Under the pieces are notes generated by a model. It was not told the DNA's origin and did no database searches. It was given only the letters and a program-made list of their open reading frames with translations. Below are positions 22,682 through 36,243 of a DNA stretch of 64,000 nucleotides, piece after piece (positions within the stretch are counted from its first letter, which is position 1; each line of letters begins with the position of its first letter). The position numbers and the translations under genes were made by a program. The stretch comes from Naegleria gruberi (lineage: Eukaryota). The stretch is taken from NCBI GenBank assembly GCA_000004985.1, contig GG738846.1; one strand, 5' to 3'.

Positions 22682-22915
22682 TTTTTAAAGATCTGAATAT
22701 TCTTTCAGGTAGTTCACTTATGCAGTAGTGAAAATGGTTGTAGCTGAGTAAGGATTCGTGTAGTGCCATGCAACATTTTGAAAAGTAACAAGTTTAGAAT
22801 AATTTAATTGAATGGAGTCAATCCTTTTTTTACTGCTGATCTTTTCATAATTCTATCAATACATGCCTTAATATGTGGACATGATTGCAAGTTTTGAGAT
22901 TGCAAGTTATGAATT

Positions 22916-22993
22916 TCTCTTACCTTAATTTTAACTTGTAATCAAAAATACTAGTAATCAATTTGAAAAATAGTGCTCAAACGGAAAATGAAC
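22916..22993. repeat. Direct repeat copy B (tctcttaccttaatttta[26-nt insertion]aatttgaaaaatagtgctcaaacggaaaatgaac).
   Basis: Same orientation as copy A. Carries a 26-nt insertion relative to copy A. Overlaps the 5' leader region of the DENN-domain gene. Confidence 0.7.
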
Positions 22994-23043
22994 TGGATTC
23001 AACGTCACTTGTCTACGAAGCGAAAGAATCAATTATTAAAAAA

Positions 23044-26000
23044 ATGAGGAAGAATTTTCGCACAGTCTCAGAGCTGCCACCAACATCACCTCGAAAACCA
23101 CTCCCAACATTGCCCAATCTTTTAAAATCTTCTAATAACAACGGCTCCAAACTCCTGCCAACATCACCACGAGGACAGCAAACATTTGTTGCAATCAGTA
23201 CCGATGAGGAAGAATTAATCAGTCTCTTATCAATGGAAGGAACAAAGGTGTTTGTGATTGGTTTGTGGGATGAGACGAGTCCTCTTCTTTCTAATAACTC
23301 TTCGAATGCTACTACAACAGGTAACAGTAGTACGATTGGAACTACAAGGAGAGTGCCACCACCACTCCCACCAAAGACAACATTAAATAATAGAAGATTG
23401 AGTAAAATCTGCTTTGACACAACATGTTTCATATCGGAAGATGGAAAGGCTCTAGTTTGTGAGAGTGATTTACCATCATCAGGACCTTTGGGAATGCAAA
23501 AACGAAGTAATAGTATGTTGTTATTAATTTCACATGCATATTAATATTGGAATTTTTCATCTCAATTGTCAATACTACTATCTATTACATAATTTGTCAC
23601 ATTATGATCTGATTTCATTGATAATAATATTATTATTATTATTAATAATAGTAATTCTCTTTTCCGAAGTGGAAAAGATTGTACCATACTATCAATCAGA
23701 AATATTGATAGGAAACCAGATTTCAGACTCAAATACTAATAACACAATATCACCAAGACAATCCAACAATTCAAATCCCTATCAAATCACCACTCAAGAT
23801 GCACGTGAATGTGTCTCCTTCTTTGAAAGATACTTCATTTCAGGCTATGACAATAACGATAGAGAATATCAAAAATCTCTCCTTCCCTACAAGCTGCAAC
23901 TCTTCATTCTCAAACGAAAGAACCACAAAAAGACGTTGGGATTCATCTTATCGGGTATGTTTTTTAATCAAAGTCTAAGATTGTGCTTACCATATTGCCT
24001 TAATTGATTTTTGCCTTGTCGCAATTTTTTACCACCAAATCCTTAAATTTCCGAATGTTGTTGTTGTATTGTGTTGCATGTGGCTACATCATGGTGATTC
24101 TATCAAAAATTGAAAAAACCCCTTTACTCTCTAATCTCTCATCTATATTTTCTCATTGGACGTCAATTAATATGCACTCACTTTCCAATAATCGGAATTC
24201 TAAAACTCTAAACTCTATACCTCCTACTGAATTAACATGTAATAATGATTCATCATCTCCATCATCATCACCCAATAATAATAATAATAATAACACTGTT
24301 GAATCAACAATAACACCAACTCGACAACGTTGTCTACCACCTGTTCCTCCAAATAATGTACAAAAACAATCATCTCCCCAACCTCCTCCTCCTCCTTTTA
24401 ATCGACAATCACCTCCCCAACCTCCTAAACGAACAACCTCAACAATGGAACATTCATCATCTATTATTTCTGATAATAATATGAATTCTGAATCAACCAT
24501 TTATGCTAACAAATCAACAACAAATAATTCACCTCCTCATCAACAATATCATCATCATCGTACCTTACCAATAATTCCAATTCGAAATTATCATGAAAAT
24601 GATATTACACCTTCAACTCTTAATCCTACTGTTGTTACTACTTTTCAAAATCATTCCAATAACCATAATCACTCTGTTCCTGCATTGCCAATTAAAAAAG
24701 ATCCAATGCAAGCATCAACATGGATAAAAGGATTACAAATGGTTTCTGATGATTCAAGAGGACTTTTATCTGCATCAACTCTTGCCAAAACAACCAATGT
24801 AAATAATCAATCATCTAAAATTGAGGAAGAAAAGAGAACATCTTTTGGAAACAAGAAGACTGAAATATCAAGTGACAATACCAGATACTTGCCACCACCA
24901 TTGAAAATCAATAGAATGGAATCACCTAATAATGATGTAAATAATGAATTGGCTAAACAATTACAAAAATTGAAAAGAACACCAGCAACACCAACTACCA
25001 GCTCTACTTCGAATGGTGGCAGTGGGTCTAATTCTTCAAGTAGACATTCTAGTATTGAGATACAAAGAGGAAGTGACCCAGAAACAAGTGCAGAGAAGAA
25101 ACTATTTGAAGTTGTGGTAGTAGTCAAACTGAAACAAACAGACAAATTGGAACCTTTCATAGATTATGAATTTCCACCACAAAATGTCAGAAGTACAAAA
25201 GACTTGAAACTTGTCATGTCAATTCCATTATTTTGTTGTAAGTTATTGTAAAAATTAATATGAAAAGCTAAGAGTCACTAGTTCCTGATATTGATACTGT
25301 TAAGGAGGGGACTTCATTATCAGGTGGTGATAAGAAAACATATAGCTTTGTCTTGACAGAAATAGATGGTACTAGAAAGTATGGATACTGCAGAAGAATG
25401 CTTCCAAAAGGTACTGGGAAACGATTGCCAGAAACTTACTGCATCATTTCTTCACACTCATGTTTTGGATTATTCTCTACAATACTCGATAATATTGAAA
25501 CAAGAAATGAAATTAATAATGTGGCCTGTTTCACTTTCCTTAAAAGTGTACTAGCTAATCCATTTCCATCACCAGGTACCTGCACCATTGTCAAGACAGT
25601 AAATCCCAAGACAGGTCAACAGGAAGAAGTTAAATTATCTAGACCTATTCTTGCTGATCCAATGTTGGAATACGTAAGTTTCATGAAACAAACCTATTTT
25701 GATTTTAATATCCAACATACGTATTATTAATAATTCTATCATCAAATAATAGATTAATTTCAACATATTATTCGAGAGTCTTTCTGCTGACAATATAATT
25801 ACCATGTTTGCATTTTTATTAATGGAAAGAAGAATGGTCATATTTTCAAATGACATTTCAAAATTATCTGCATTTTGTCAGGCAATGATTAGTATATTGT
25901 ATCCTTTTACATGGCAACATGTGTTCATTCCAGTTTTACCTCAATCATTGGTTGACTATGTTTGTAGTCCTGTCCCATTTGTCATTGGTGTCCTCAGTAA

Positions 26001-26553
26001 TCACAAACCATATATTGAGGAGCTGAAGAAGGATGGACAAGTAGAAGCAGAAGTGCTCTACATTGATATCGATTCTGGAAAGGTTTCAGAACCTTCTACC
26101 CTCAAGGATCAAAAGAAGATACTACCAAGCAATAAGGACTTGATTAAAAAGTTGACAGCTATCGCCAAGGAAATCAAAAACTCAAAGAATTCAAATCAAG
26201 TAGCAATGGCAAAAGACACATTTTTAATGTTCTTTGTTAAATTATTTGGAGATTACAAGGCATTTATCAAGCCGAATGCTGAATTTAATACTGAAAAGAA
26301 GAAGAATACACCCGAGTGGATATTCGATACCAAAGTGTTCTTGGACTATAAGAAGAAGAATAACAAGAAAAAGTATGAAAAGTTCTTTATCAACTTTACT
26401 CAATGCCAAATGTTCGAACGATGGTCTGCTGAAATAGCAAACCAAAGTCAAAACAAATCTGCCACTACTGCTTCACTAGATAAGGAACTTGGTTTGTTTG
26501 AACAACTTTCAGCCATATCTCAACAACAATTACTTTTGGACAAAAAGAAATAA
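23044..26553 (+). CDS. DENN-domain protein (uDENN-cDENN-dDENN; Rab GEF family), at least 5 exons with a long low-complexity N-terminal region.
   Basis: uDENN/cDENN: ...EKKLFEVVVVVKLKQTD..., GGDKKTYSFVLTEIDGTRKYGYCRRMLPKGTGKRLPETYCIISSHSCFGLFSTILD. DENN core: ITMFAFLLMERRMVIFSNDISKLSAFCQAMISILYPFTWQHVFIPVLP. dDENN: KDTFLMFFVKLFGDYKAFI...FINFTQCQMFERW. Introns seen at ~25247-25291 (GTAAGTTATTG...TCACTAG) and ~25675-25755 (GTAAGTTTCATG...AATAATAG). The likely ATG at 23044 (MRKNFRTVSELPP) is in frame with the track ORF that starts at a TTG. Confidence 0.75.
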
Positions 26554-26627
26554 AATGTTGTTGTATTGTGATAATATCTTTATTTCAATCATTAATGTTA
26601 TTAATGTTGAATGAAAGTTAGAATTGA

Positions 26628-29600
26628 TTATTGTCTAACAACTGGCATACTTGGAGGTTTAGTAACAAGCGAGTATCTTGGAGGTGGTGCATCCATTCTT
26701 ATTGTACTCATTTCAATACTCTCACTCACAACAATTTCCTTACCTATAGCAGGAATTTCTTGTTGCTCAAATACATCGAAATAGCTATTCTCAAAGGCAT
26801 AATCAATTTCATTGGAATTATCAAACCCACCAGAAATAGCTGGTGCTGAATTGGCAATCATTGTTGGAGGTCTCAGAGACATTCTCTTCGAACGTCTATC
26901 TTTGGCCTTATGTTCATCATCCTCTTCGACAACTAGTTCATTTCTAATCCATACATAATTTCTAATGAATGGAATGACAAAGTTGAGGATCAACAGGAGA
27001 GCAATGGTTGCTCCATTGATAACGTATAAAATGATGGATTGATTAGAGTTAGAAATAATGAGCCAATCGATTCCCAATTCCTTAATGTCCTTATATCTCA
27101 ATAACCAATAACCAAATAATAAATTGAATGAAAGTACCAAGTGAAGAATGGAGCTACTAATGGAAAGGGTAATGTCATGGTAAGGTCTAAATAGAATCAT
27201 GTACACGGATACAATGAACATGAGTCCACTACCAATAGGTGCTTGAAGAACAAGATTGGTATTCAAGAATGAAACCAAACAAGTCATGGTAATAAATTCA
27301 AACACATAGAAAAGGAATTGATATTTAAACATATTTTTGAATGATTCAAAAACAACACTAATACTACTCGTACTATTTCTAATACCATTGATATACTTTT
27401 TGAAAATGATATTCTCATTCTTCTTGATAGATTTGAGAAGTAGCTTTCTTTCCTCAGTGGATATGGATTCCTTAATAGGTGTGCTACTATTATCAATCTT
27501 TTTGATTTTTTGTTTGTATTCCTTTTTCTTTCTTCTGAGTAATAATAAATCATCATTAATAGAATTTTCATAGATAATCTTTGAGTGATTCTTGTAAATA
27601 AATATGAAAATCATGAATGGAATTAAAATTAAATAAAAGATACCAAATCCAATAGAAACCCAATACATGATTGGGAATTTAAGAGGTTTGAATAATGACT
27701 CTGGACATGCTTCATTATTGAATATACGTAAGTTTGAAGTATTTCTGAAAGAGAGAGTCGTGTTGTAATTTTCAACCATCCATATTGGAACAGTGGTACT
27801 GTTAGTTGTTGCCAATCTTACCATATTACTTTCACATTCAAATGTAGAAAAGATACTTCTCACACAAACAAAGTAAAAAATTGTAAAGACAATCCACAAT
27901 AAACGCTGTCTAATCTTGATAAAGTTGATGAAAAACATTTGATCCTGATACTTGACTCTATAAATTATAAGATATACAACAAAAATAGCAAATAACAACA
28001 GCAATACTGCAACAGAAAATCCAAATAATCCCCAAACATCTATTGCACTTGGTAATTCTCCTCTTGCAAATTCGTCATATGTTGATGGAAAGACAGCAAA
28101 TGAACCAGCAGCAACAATAAAGATTAGTAATATAAAGCAACATATACATGTAAACATTGTCCAACATAGTTTGCTCACAAATAATTTTACAGATGTCTTA
28201 TAGTTGGGGTTCAGCAGGAACAATATTAGGAAAACCCCTGGTAAAATCATTTCCCATGAATATATGAAATAGTAATTGTTAAACTTGATGGTTTTCCAAA
28301 TTAAATCCAAACTATTAATTGATAGAACATTGTACTTGATAATCATATTATAATAGTATGGCCAAGGAATTGAGAATGAATAACAAATAGAATATAATTG
28401 AAAGGCAAATAGTAAAAAGTAAATCTTTTCAAATACACCATCAAACAAGTTGGTATATTCACCCTTGAGTAGAAGAATATCTTGATATTGTTGTAAAATC
28501 TTAATATTAGAATAATTGTCTTGAATAAATTCAAATGGTACCAAAGTTCCATGAGGATCCTTCAAAATCATGTCTGAAAACTTATCATTCGAGAGTAAAC
28601 CTGGATGATGATAATTAGGAATTGTTTCATCTAGTGGAAGAGTAGCAGTTGTGATATTTGTCCAATTCTTGGTAGGTGAAACTTTAATTGCTTTTGTTTT
28701 AGAATTTGGATCATTGCTAGCTGCATTAGTTGGACTTGATGGACTTGTTGGAGATTTGGGTCCAGAATCGTGTCTGGAGAATAAACCTCTAACAGTTTCA
28801 TTCAAATGTTCTTTTGATAATTGTTCAATGATGGAATTTCTCACTGCTGAATAAGTGAGTACAGGTCTAAGAGCAAATCCTTTTCTTTCGATAATATTTC
28901 TCAAACGATTAATTTCAATAATTGTAATGGCCTTATCATTGGATGTGACCATTCTACCATCAATTTCATCCAAAGTTCTAATGTGAGACATTAGCAAGAG
29001 TCTATAATCACTCACAGGAATATTAAATGATTTAAAGTAGACAGACTTTGGTCCAATCAATTCAATTTTGGATTCAGCTCCTATATACATTTGATTTCTA
29101 TCATTATCAACAATGGTTGTTTGTCTACTGAGAGGTTGAGTACTAGTGGTACCTCCTTCATTAGGAGGAGCAACACCTCCCAGGTTGTAGCTACTCTTTT
29201 CCTTATTTTTCACATTTGAAACAAGTGTTGTATCATAGAGAGTGACCAGACTGGAAAGAGACAATAATAAAGTATAGAATTGGTTCAATTGATTGATTTG
29301 ATCATCAATTTGAATATTTGTGAGAGAGTTTGGTGATACATTGTAATGATTTTGTAAAAATTGTGAAGCAAGCAATTGAGATTTAGAAAGTGGGAAGGGA
29401 TTAGTAAAATCATCAACATTTTGTAATAAACGCAAAGTTGAAAATACTTGAATGTAATATTTTGCTGGATCTAAGAATAATTGACCGCCACATCTTTGAA
29501 TGTAAAGGGTACGCAAAGATCCAGAAGATCCAATTATATTCAAAATAAGCTGTTCATCCTGAACTGATATATCATTATCTCTAATATCGAGATAGTGCAA

Positions 29601-32600
29601 CTTTTTCAAGTTTGAAAACAATGCCTTATCCAGTTGTTTGATCAAGTTACCTCGTAAATCTAAATGGGTGAGTAAATGATAATCTTTCAAGCTGTTCAAT
29701 AATTTGATTCCCTTATAGTTCAACTTTAATGTAAGAGATTCTGTATCGTTATATTTGCATTCGTTCAGAGTTAATCTCAAACGAGTTTGTTCCAATTCGT
29801 GGAAAGTAAGTTCCTTTGCAATGGCATCACATCTTTCACTGACTGTAACGAGCTTTCCATCCAACTCAAATATCCAATCTGGAGAACGAGCAGATTGAAG
29901 TTTGGAAACGATACTCTTACGTGTCTCTGTATATTCGTGTGAGGTTTCAAAGGTTGACGCAATTACACGATCTGTTGTCTCCTTTTCAATAGATCTTGAT
30001 TGAATATTCATCTTGTAAATAGGATTATAAATCAAGGTGAGCTTTTTAAGAGACTTCTTATTATCAATAAACTTGGTGATAACATCAACACTGGATATTA
30101 AATTGTATTGTAAATCCAATTCTTCAAGCTCTGTCTTTTCCAATCCAGAAAGTGTTAATGCAGTATCTGTTATCAAATTCTTTGCTAGGGATAATTTTCT
30201 CAAGTGGAGGAAATTGGAAAAATCTATAAAGTCCAAACCAGAACCAGACAAATCCAATGATACTATACTCACTTGATTGATCGTTACTTTCCATATTTCT
30301 CTCTCCTTAACTGTTTGCAAGTATTTTTTGAAAATAGAGGCTTGGAACTGGAATGATTTGGGATTTCCATCTGAAAGTGGCCAATTATTTACAATTTCAT
30401 TCACAGTAATTTCCTTTTCATCAATTTCCCATAATGGGCAGAAAATATTTGCAAGTCTAGGAGTCTTGGAAATAATGGTATTTCTCACTTGCTGCTCAGT
30501 GTATTGAGTAAAGTTTGCATCTTCATTTTCATCAGAAGATGTATAAACACCTAAACATTCAAGGAATGGGTTTTGGTTAACAATTGCAATCACCTCATCC
30601 AAGTCGGTGAGTTTGTTATTTCTCAAATCGAGAATCTTTAACAATTTCATTTCAAAAATACCAGGACAAGAAACAGAAAGTTTGGCATTGAATTGGTTAC
30701 CTCTCAACAATAATTTTTCCAAATTCTTGAAAGCTCCAATATAGTTATCCAATCTATCAATACCTGATTCGTTCAAATTGATTTCAAATATCGAGAATGC
30801 CTTGCTGAGGTGATATCCCTTTTCTTCAATGACCTTTTGAAGTCTAGTCTCTTCTTTTTCATTCCATACCAATTGACGTTCTTGGCTAGTAATTTTAGTG
30901 TTAAATATGACTAGTTTTAGACCACCTCTCAAACTATTTAAATCTTTCAAAATCTTAATTTTGTAATTCTTTTGCTTCTCTAATTCTGGATTTCCATAAA
31001 GAGAGACCATTTCCAAGTCGTACATACGATGTAACATATTGGTAATATCTACCAACTTGTTCGAAATATTGTTAAATCCTAAATCAAGATATTTGATTTC
31101 TCTACACTTCTCCAAACCAATATCAAGAATATTATTGATCATATTGTGAGAAATATCCAAGCATGTGAGGGAAATAAAATGTGAGAAATCTGTACCCACA
31201 TCCTTCAAGCCACAATCTCTCAAGTAAAGCTTGGTAATAAGAGAAGGATCGTACATTTTACCAATTACAATCTCCTTATATGAAAGTTTAAGTTTGTCTG
31301 TCAATGGAGAATTAACCACCTGAGCAACAATAGAAAGGTTGAATCTGAATTTTAACTCTTCAACTTCAGAAAAGTCTCTCAGGACCTTTATAATTCTTGA
31401 CCTCTCAATAATATCAATCTTGATATCATCCAAGAATAGAAGTCTGTCGTTTCTATCTAAAAGGAGCTTGAGCACAGATGCTCTTCTCACTGACTCGGTT
31501 GAATTAAGGTTTCTATCAAATTGTAATTTGGAAAGATCAGATGTAATATTTACATAAATTAAATTACTAAGTTTTGATAGAGAATTAATAACTGGATCTC
31601 TATCCAATTTAGGATTACCAGACAAGTTGATAAACTTTAAAGATTTCAAATTTTCAATGCCATTAATAGTGATGAGATTATTTCCATACAAGTCAACATA
31701 TTCAAGTGAGATGAAAAATCCCAAATCAGCCAAAGTTAATGCACATTTTGGAAGAATCAACTTGGTAACAATAGACATGTATTGCCCATTACATAATTGC
31801 CTCAATTGATGGTGACCAAAATAATTGATAATTGAATAGTTCCATCTCAATCTACGTAAATCATCATCTTGGATATTGTCTGAGAAAATTTTGATAGATT
31901 TAAGTCTGTGCTCGATGGTGATCTTGATATCATCTAATTCCAATAAGCCTACACAACGGTTATCACCTTTCAAATTAATAGTCAAGTAAACAATAAAGTA
32001 CCAAATACGATTTTCTTCCTTTTCAGTTGTATCGTATGGATTTTCACAAATCCACAATTTTCTTAACGAAGGAATATAGGTTAACACTCTAAGACAGTGA
32101 GTTTCAGAAATTGCATTATCATTAATGTTGAACTCTCTCAGTTTTTCTAATCTTTCCAACCCACAACCTTTAATAGTGGTAATACTATTCTTTGAAAGGT
32201 CTAATTCCTTGATATTCACCATATTTCCAATATGAAATTCGGTCAGTCTTGCATTTGATAAGGATAGTGTAGTAATATTTTCTGGTTGCCAAGACTCGAG
32301 TTCTAATCTTTCACATAAAGCATTCATTCTTTCATCCCACTTAAGGTATGAAAATGTCTTTCTGCTTACTACAGTTCCATAGACATCATTTGCATTCTCT
32401 CTCTCTGAAAATGAAACTGTTTGTCCATTGAGTGAAATTATTCTTGGACATGTTCCAATTAGGATAGGTCTCCAATTTCCAATTTTTTCTATTGGATTAT
32501 CCATAACAACCAAATGCTCAATGAATGGAGATGCTTGTAGCATTGGTAAAATATTATCCATTACAGAAATGTTATTAAATCTAACATCCAATACTCTTAG

Positions 32601-33364
32601 TAATGGTAGATTGATACCAACAAGGGTATCCAAATTCATACATCTCATTACAAGTACAACACAATATTGGTATGAGGACAACTATTAAAGATTAACTATT
32701 AAAATATTTCCACTTTAAACATACCCTTTGATGAAATTTATCCGATTTGATTCTAATATTTTCCAAAAGAATTTTTTGAATAAATTGAGGTTGTACTGAA
32801 TAAATATCCTCAGGTTTAGATATTGTTTCCTGAGCAGTAAATTGATCAAATCTTTTCAATGGAGGTAAATGAGGAGAAAATTTAGAAGGAATAAACTTTT
32901 TAAATGGTGTCTTTTCTTCACTCAATCTTATTGAATTGTATTTGTCCACATCAATATGTTTCGGAAATAAACCCATTTGAGGTTCATTCTTATATTTTGG
33001 AGGATCAGGAAGAGCATTTAAAATATCACCCGAGGTTACTATGATTAAAATCAAATTATATAATGCTTAGTATACAAAACCTACAATTTAACATGAGAGT
33101 GAGAGTCTGAGGGAATTGTTTTTCAATCTCAAACACTTGCTTGTATTTATAGTTAGCAGAAATATCTCCTAACTTTAATCTTCCTCTCCTAAAGTAATCA
33201 ACTGATTTTGGATTTAAATATTCTAAATTTTCCATAGTTTTACATTCTTCACCTGCACTAAATGTAATACCGTTATCATTCACGTGATTGTTCAATCCTT
33301 GAATATTAGCAGTTTCTATATCATCCTCCGCACTTGCTAAGGATGATAGTTTGGAACTGAACAT
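26628..33364 (-). CDS. Giant leucine-rich-repeat protein (>2200 aa) with ~1200 aa of LRRs followed by a multi-pass transmembrane region.
   Basis: The 2017 aa ORF 26628..32681 begins at a TTG. The 5' exons lie in 32692..33364 (MFSSKLSSLASAEDD... then ...KFHQR|LSSYQYCVVLV, after a GTATGTTTAAAG...TTTAATAG intron). LRR consensus (LxxLxLxxNxI) runs throughout. These are followed by at least 10 hydrophobic helices (e.g. ILLIFIVAAGSFAVF, LFGFSVAVLLLLFAIFVVYLIIY, IGFGIFYLILIPFMIFIFIY). Confidence 0.7.
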
Positions 33365-33603
33365 TTTTTAAGCCTTAATTTTAAAATGAAGAGCGGCACA
33401 AAGAAATCTCTCCTGAGAGTGGATTTTTTGGAGGGAAATGGAGAGAATTGAATTTGGAACTCTATGGATTTTCAACAAGTACTCCCAACGAATAGCTGTT
33501 TACAGTTCAACAACAACACTGTGTTGCTTCAACGGGTTAAGATATTTCACTTGTTTCATTCTCTCTCAGCACCATTCCCAGTGAAAGAAAATGGTATGAG
33601 AAT

Positions 33604-36243
33604 CTACATAATAAGAGCAAGTGTAACAAAGAGAATAAAGTGATACAAAGTCTCTAGAGTAGAATCGAGAAGAAACTTGGGAGAGAATACACTCCAAACA
33701 AACAAGTGGTTTTGCATGAGGAGGAGGACAAATCCGCTCATTAAGATTTTTCCAGACCTCAATAATAAATTGTATACCTGGACATTGAACTTGTTCCCTT
33801 TTCTATTATGGATGGTCCAATCATTTTCCATTTCAATGGTTGCAAAAATTTCAAATATCATTCTTGGAGCGTAAATTTTAACAAACAGGGAAAATCCAAT
33901 TAAAAGAGGATGATAAAAAGTCAATCCTTGATAAGCAATAGAAAAATCAATATTGGCTATGGAAATACTTCTACCAAACCTGAAATAGCATGAATATGCA
34001 AATATTTGACAAATGAACAATTTGGAAAAGTCAGTCAAGGTTCCACTGATTGATGTTCTCGCACGCTTCGTTTGTAGAGAGTGGTGCCTCTTCATGACAT
34101 GATTCAATAGAATAACCTGAATTGTACTAATTAAAATCAATGGATAATTACAAGTATGCTCATTCAGGAACCAAATGAAAGAAAATAGCATGAATGATAT
34201 AATCCTCTCTGTTCTCAAAATAATGGCAACTAGTAAAGCCATTATGCATGATCCCACATTGATAATAACAATATTAATCCTATCAGAAAGTCCCAACTGA
34301 CCCTCTAACAATTTAAAATCCAATACATAACACCATACCAAAATGCAAGGAGCGAGTAGGGCCCCTCTCAACAATTTTCTATCATTCAATTCATGATACT
34401 TCCAATAATGTGCTGCCATTAGAAAAAGTGCAATCAAAAAAGATGCCATTTCAATAATCTCTCTCTTCGAGGTTTGAGTTTCCGAATATTGGGAATCCTT
34501 GACACCGCTAACATTCCAATTTCTTGTCATGGAATCCAATACTAACATGGCGAGTATCCACTTGTTATTCTCCAATTTGAAGAAAATAAATAGTAATATA
34601 AATGCTGCAAAGTAGTACCATATATGGTGTTCTTCTTCAATGAGACTGCTCGATCCATAACTTGCCAGATGGATAATAATCATTCCAACAAATATATAAT
34701 CATTGGAAATATTGAATCTCCTCAAAGAATTGTTCCTATATAGCAAAAACACAAGAAGTGCAACAAAAATGGTAAGGAACGCTAAACCTACTAAGACTGC
34801 TCCCAGTTGAATACTCCCGCTCTTTTTAATGAGCCTAGAGCTCATATCTGAAAGTATGTCGAAATAATTTTCAATTTGATTAGTTCTGTTAAAGTTATTA
34901 TTTTCAACACTCTCCCATCTTTTCAAATATTCAATATATTCTTGATCATTCACATTTTGCAGCAATTGAGCTGCATTGGAAATGATACTTGTGAGTGTAA
35001 ATTGTTCTTTAAAAATTACTATTAATATAATCAATATTATATTATTCAACTTACCACCAAAAGGTAAAAACAAATCGAGAATAATCTTTCCCACACTCAA
35101 TTCTGGAATTGGAACACCGGTCAAGAGTGAAATAGTTGGACAGAAATCTATTTGATTAACTGTGCCTCTGTAAATTGTTTCCTTTGATTGGATTAGTGGA
35201 TGAATAAAAGCCAACACTGCATTGGTTTCCATTGGTGTACTACCACCATGATTTCCATCATTGGTCATTCCATGGTCACTGCCGATAACAAAAAGAGTAT
35301 CATTGATACGAGATAGAATTGGTTCGAAAACTTGATCATTGTAATATTGAAATTTTTCTTTAAATTCCATTTCAGAAGCATGCATATGTCCAAGATGATC
35401 AAATCCAAGATAGTGCAATATCATCAAATCCCAACTGTTTTGCATTTGCATTTCTTCATTGATATGTCGTGTGACATTATTGTCAACAATTACAGTATCT
35501 GTCACATAGAGAGAATGTGTGGAATCACTTCTTGATTGAAAAATATTACTTTCAGATTGGCTTACCAACCTGAACCAAGTTTCATCCCCATGTAGTAAAA
35601 TTTTCCAATCTCCCTTTTTCAAATTATACAAAAATCCACTACTATTAACTATTTTTCTTTTCAACTCTTTATCTGGTCCATCATTCGATTCGGTGGAATG
35701 ATCCTCAGTGACAACATTCATTACAACATCTACAAAATTTGACATTTGACCATTTACAAGTGATCTCAATTTTGGAAGGGTAACAGTTGGTGCATGAGCA
35801 TAACTTGTGAACCATATAAAATTTTCCTTTCTATTGTGAATAGAGCTAAGTAGTGATGTATCATCACTATTCAGTGCATTGTCAAATCTCATTGATCCAA
35901 GAGCATCAATTAAAATAAAAACAATCTTGTTGACCTTTGGTTGATTATTTTCTTCTAATAATTCCAATTTTGAACTCTTTATCAATTCTTTTTTAATTTC
36001 CTCTAAATTTCTATTCGATTGAGAAGTGATTTTATCACCCAAAGGAAAAAATCCAGTAAATGTCAAGTAAATTCCAAACAAGTAGAGAGAAAATAAAATC
36101 CACACTATTAAATTATTTTTGATTCGTTCTGTTGAACAACAATATATTATTGATGCCGATGATGATTCGGAATTGTCATTATCATCATGATTCGTCATTA
36201 ATTTCTTCTCCTGTTGTTTTGACATTTTTTTTTTGAAAATCAA
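33604..36243 (-). CDS. GPI ethanolamine-phosphate transferase (PIG-O / PIG-G / Gpi13-Gpi7 family).
   Basis: An 879 aa ORF. It has an N-terminal TM segment, then an alkaline-phosphatase-superfamily domain (KIVFILIDALGSMRFD, HYLGFDHLGHMH, IGSDHGM), then ~10 C-terminal TM helices. This is the canonical PIG-O/PIG-G/PIG-N architecture. Single exon as far as seen. Confidence 0.8.
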   Translation of the reverse strand: MIFKKKMSKQQEKKLMTNHDDNDNSESSSASIIYCCSTERIKNNLIVWILFSLYLFGIYLTFTGFFPLGDKITSQSNRNLEEIKKELIKSSKLELLEENNQPKVNKIVFILIDALGSMRFDNALNSDDTSLLSSIHNRKENFIWFTSYAHAPTVTLPKLRSLVNGQMSNFVDVVMNVVTEDHSTESNDGPDKELKRKIVNSSGFLYNLKKGDWKILLHGDETWFRLVSQSESNIFQSRSDSTHSLYVTDTVIVDNNVTRHINEEMQMQNSWDLMILHYLGFDHLGHMHASEMEFKEKFQYYNDQVFEPILSRINDTLFVIGSDHGMTNDGNHGGSTPMETNAVLAFIHPLIQSKETIYRGTVNQIDFCPTISLLTGVPIPELSVGKIILDLFLPFGGKLNNIILIILIVIFKEQFTLTSIISNAAQLLQNVNDQEYIEYLKRWESVENNNFNRTNQIENYFDILSDMSSRLIKKSGSIQLGAVLVGLAFLTIFVALLVFLLYRNNSLRRFNISNDYIFVGMIIIHLASYGSSSLIEEEHHIWYYFAAFILLFIFFKLENNKWILAMLVLDSMTRNWNVSGVKDSQYSETQTSKREIIEMASFLIALFLMAAHYWKYHELNDRKLLRGALLAPCILVWCYVLDFKLLEGQLGLSDRINIVIINVGSCIMALLVAIILRTERIISFMLFSFIWFLNEHTCNYPLILISTIQVILLNHVMKRHHSLQTKRARTSISGTLTDFSKLFICQIFAYSCYFRFGRSISIANIDFSIAYQGLTFYHPLLIGFSLFVKIYAPRMIFEIFATIEMENDWTIHNRKGNKFNVQVYNLLLRSGKILMSGFVLLLMQNHLFVWSVFSPKFLLDSTLETLYHFILFVTLALIM

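Noticed and set aside
24240-24300. AAT/ATT trinucleotide runs (e.g. aataataataataataac at ~24280, tattattattattattaataatag at ~23630) as possible microsatellites.
   Set aside because: The first encodes an in-frame poly-Asn tract within the DENN gene's N-terminal exon. The second lies inside an intron. Both are ordinary low-complexity sequence for this genome, not a distinct repeat family.
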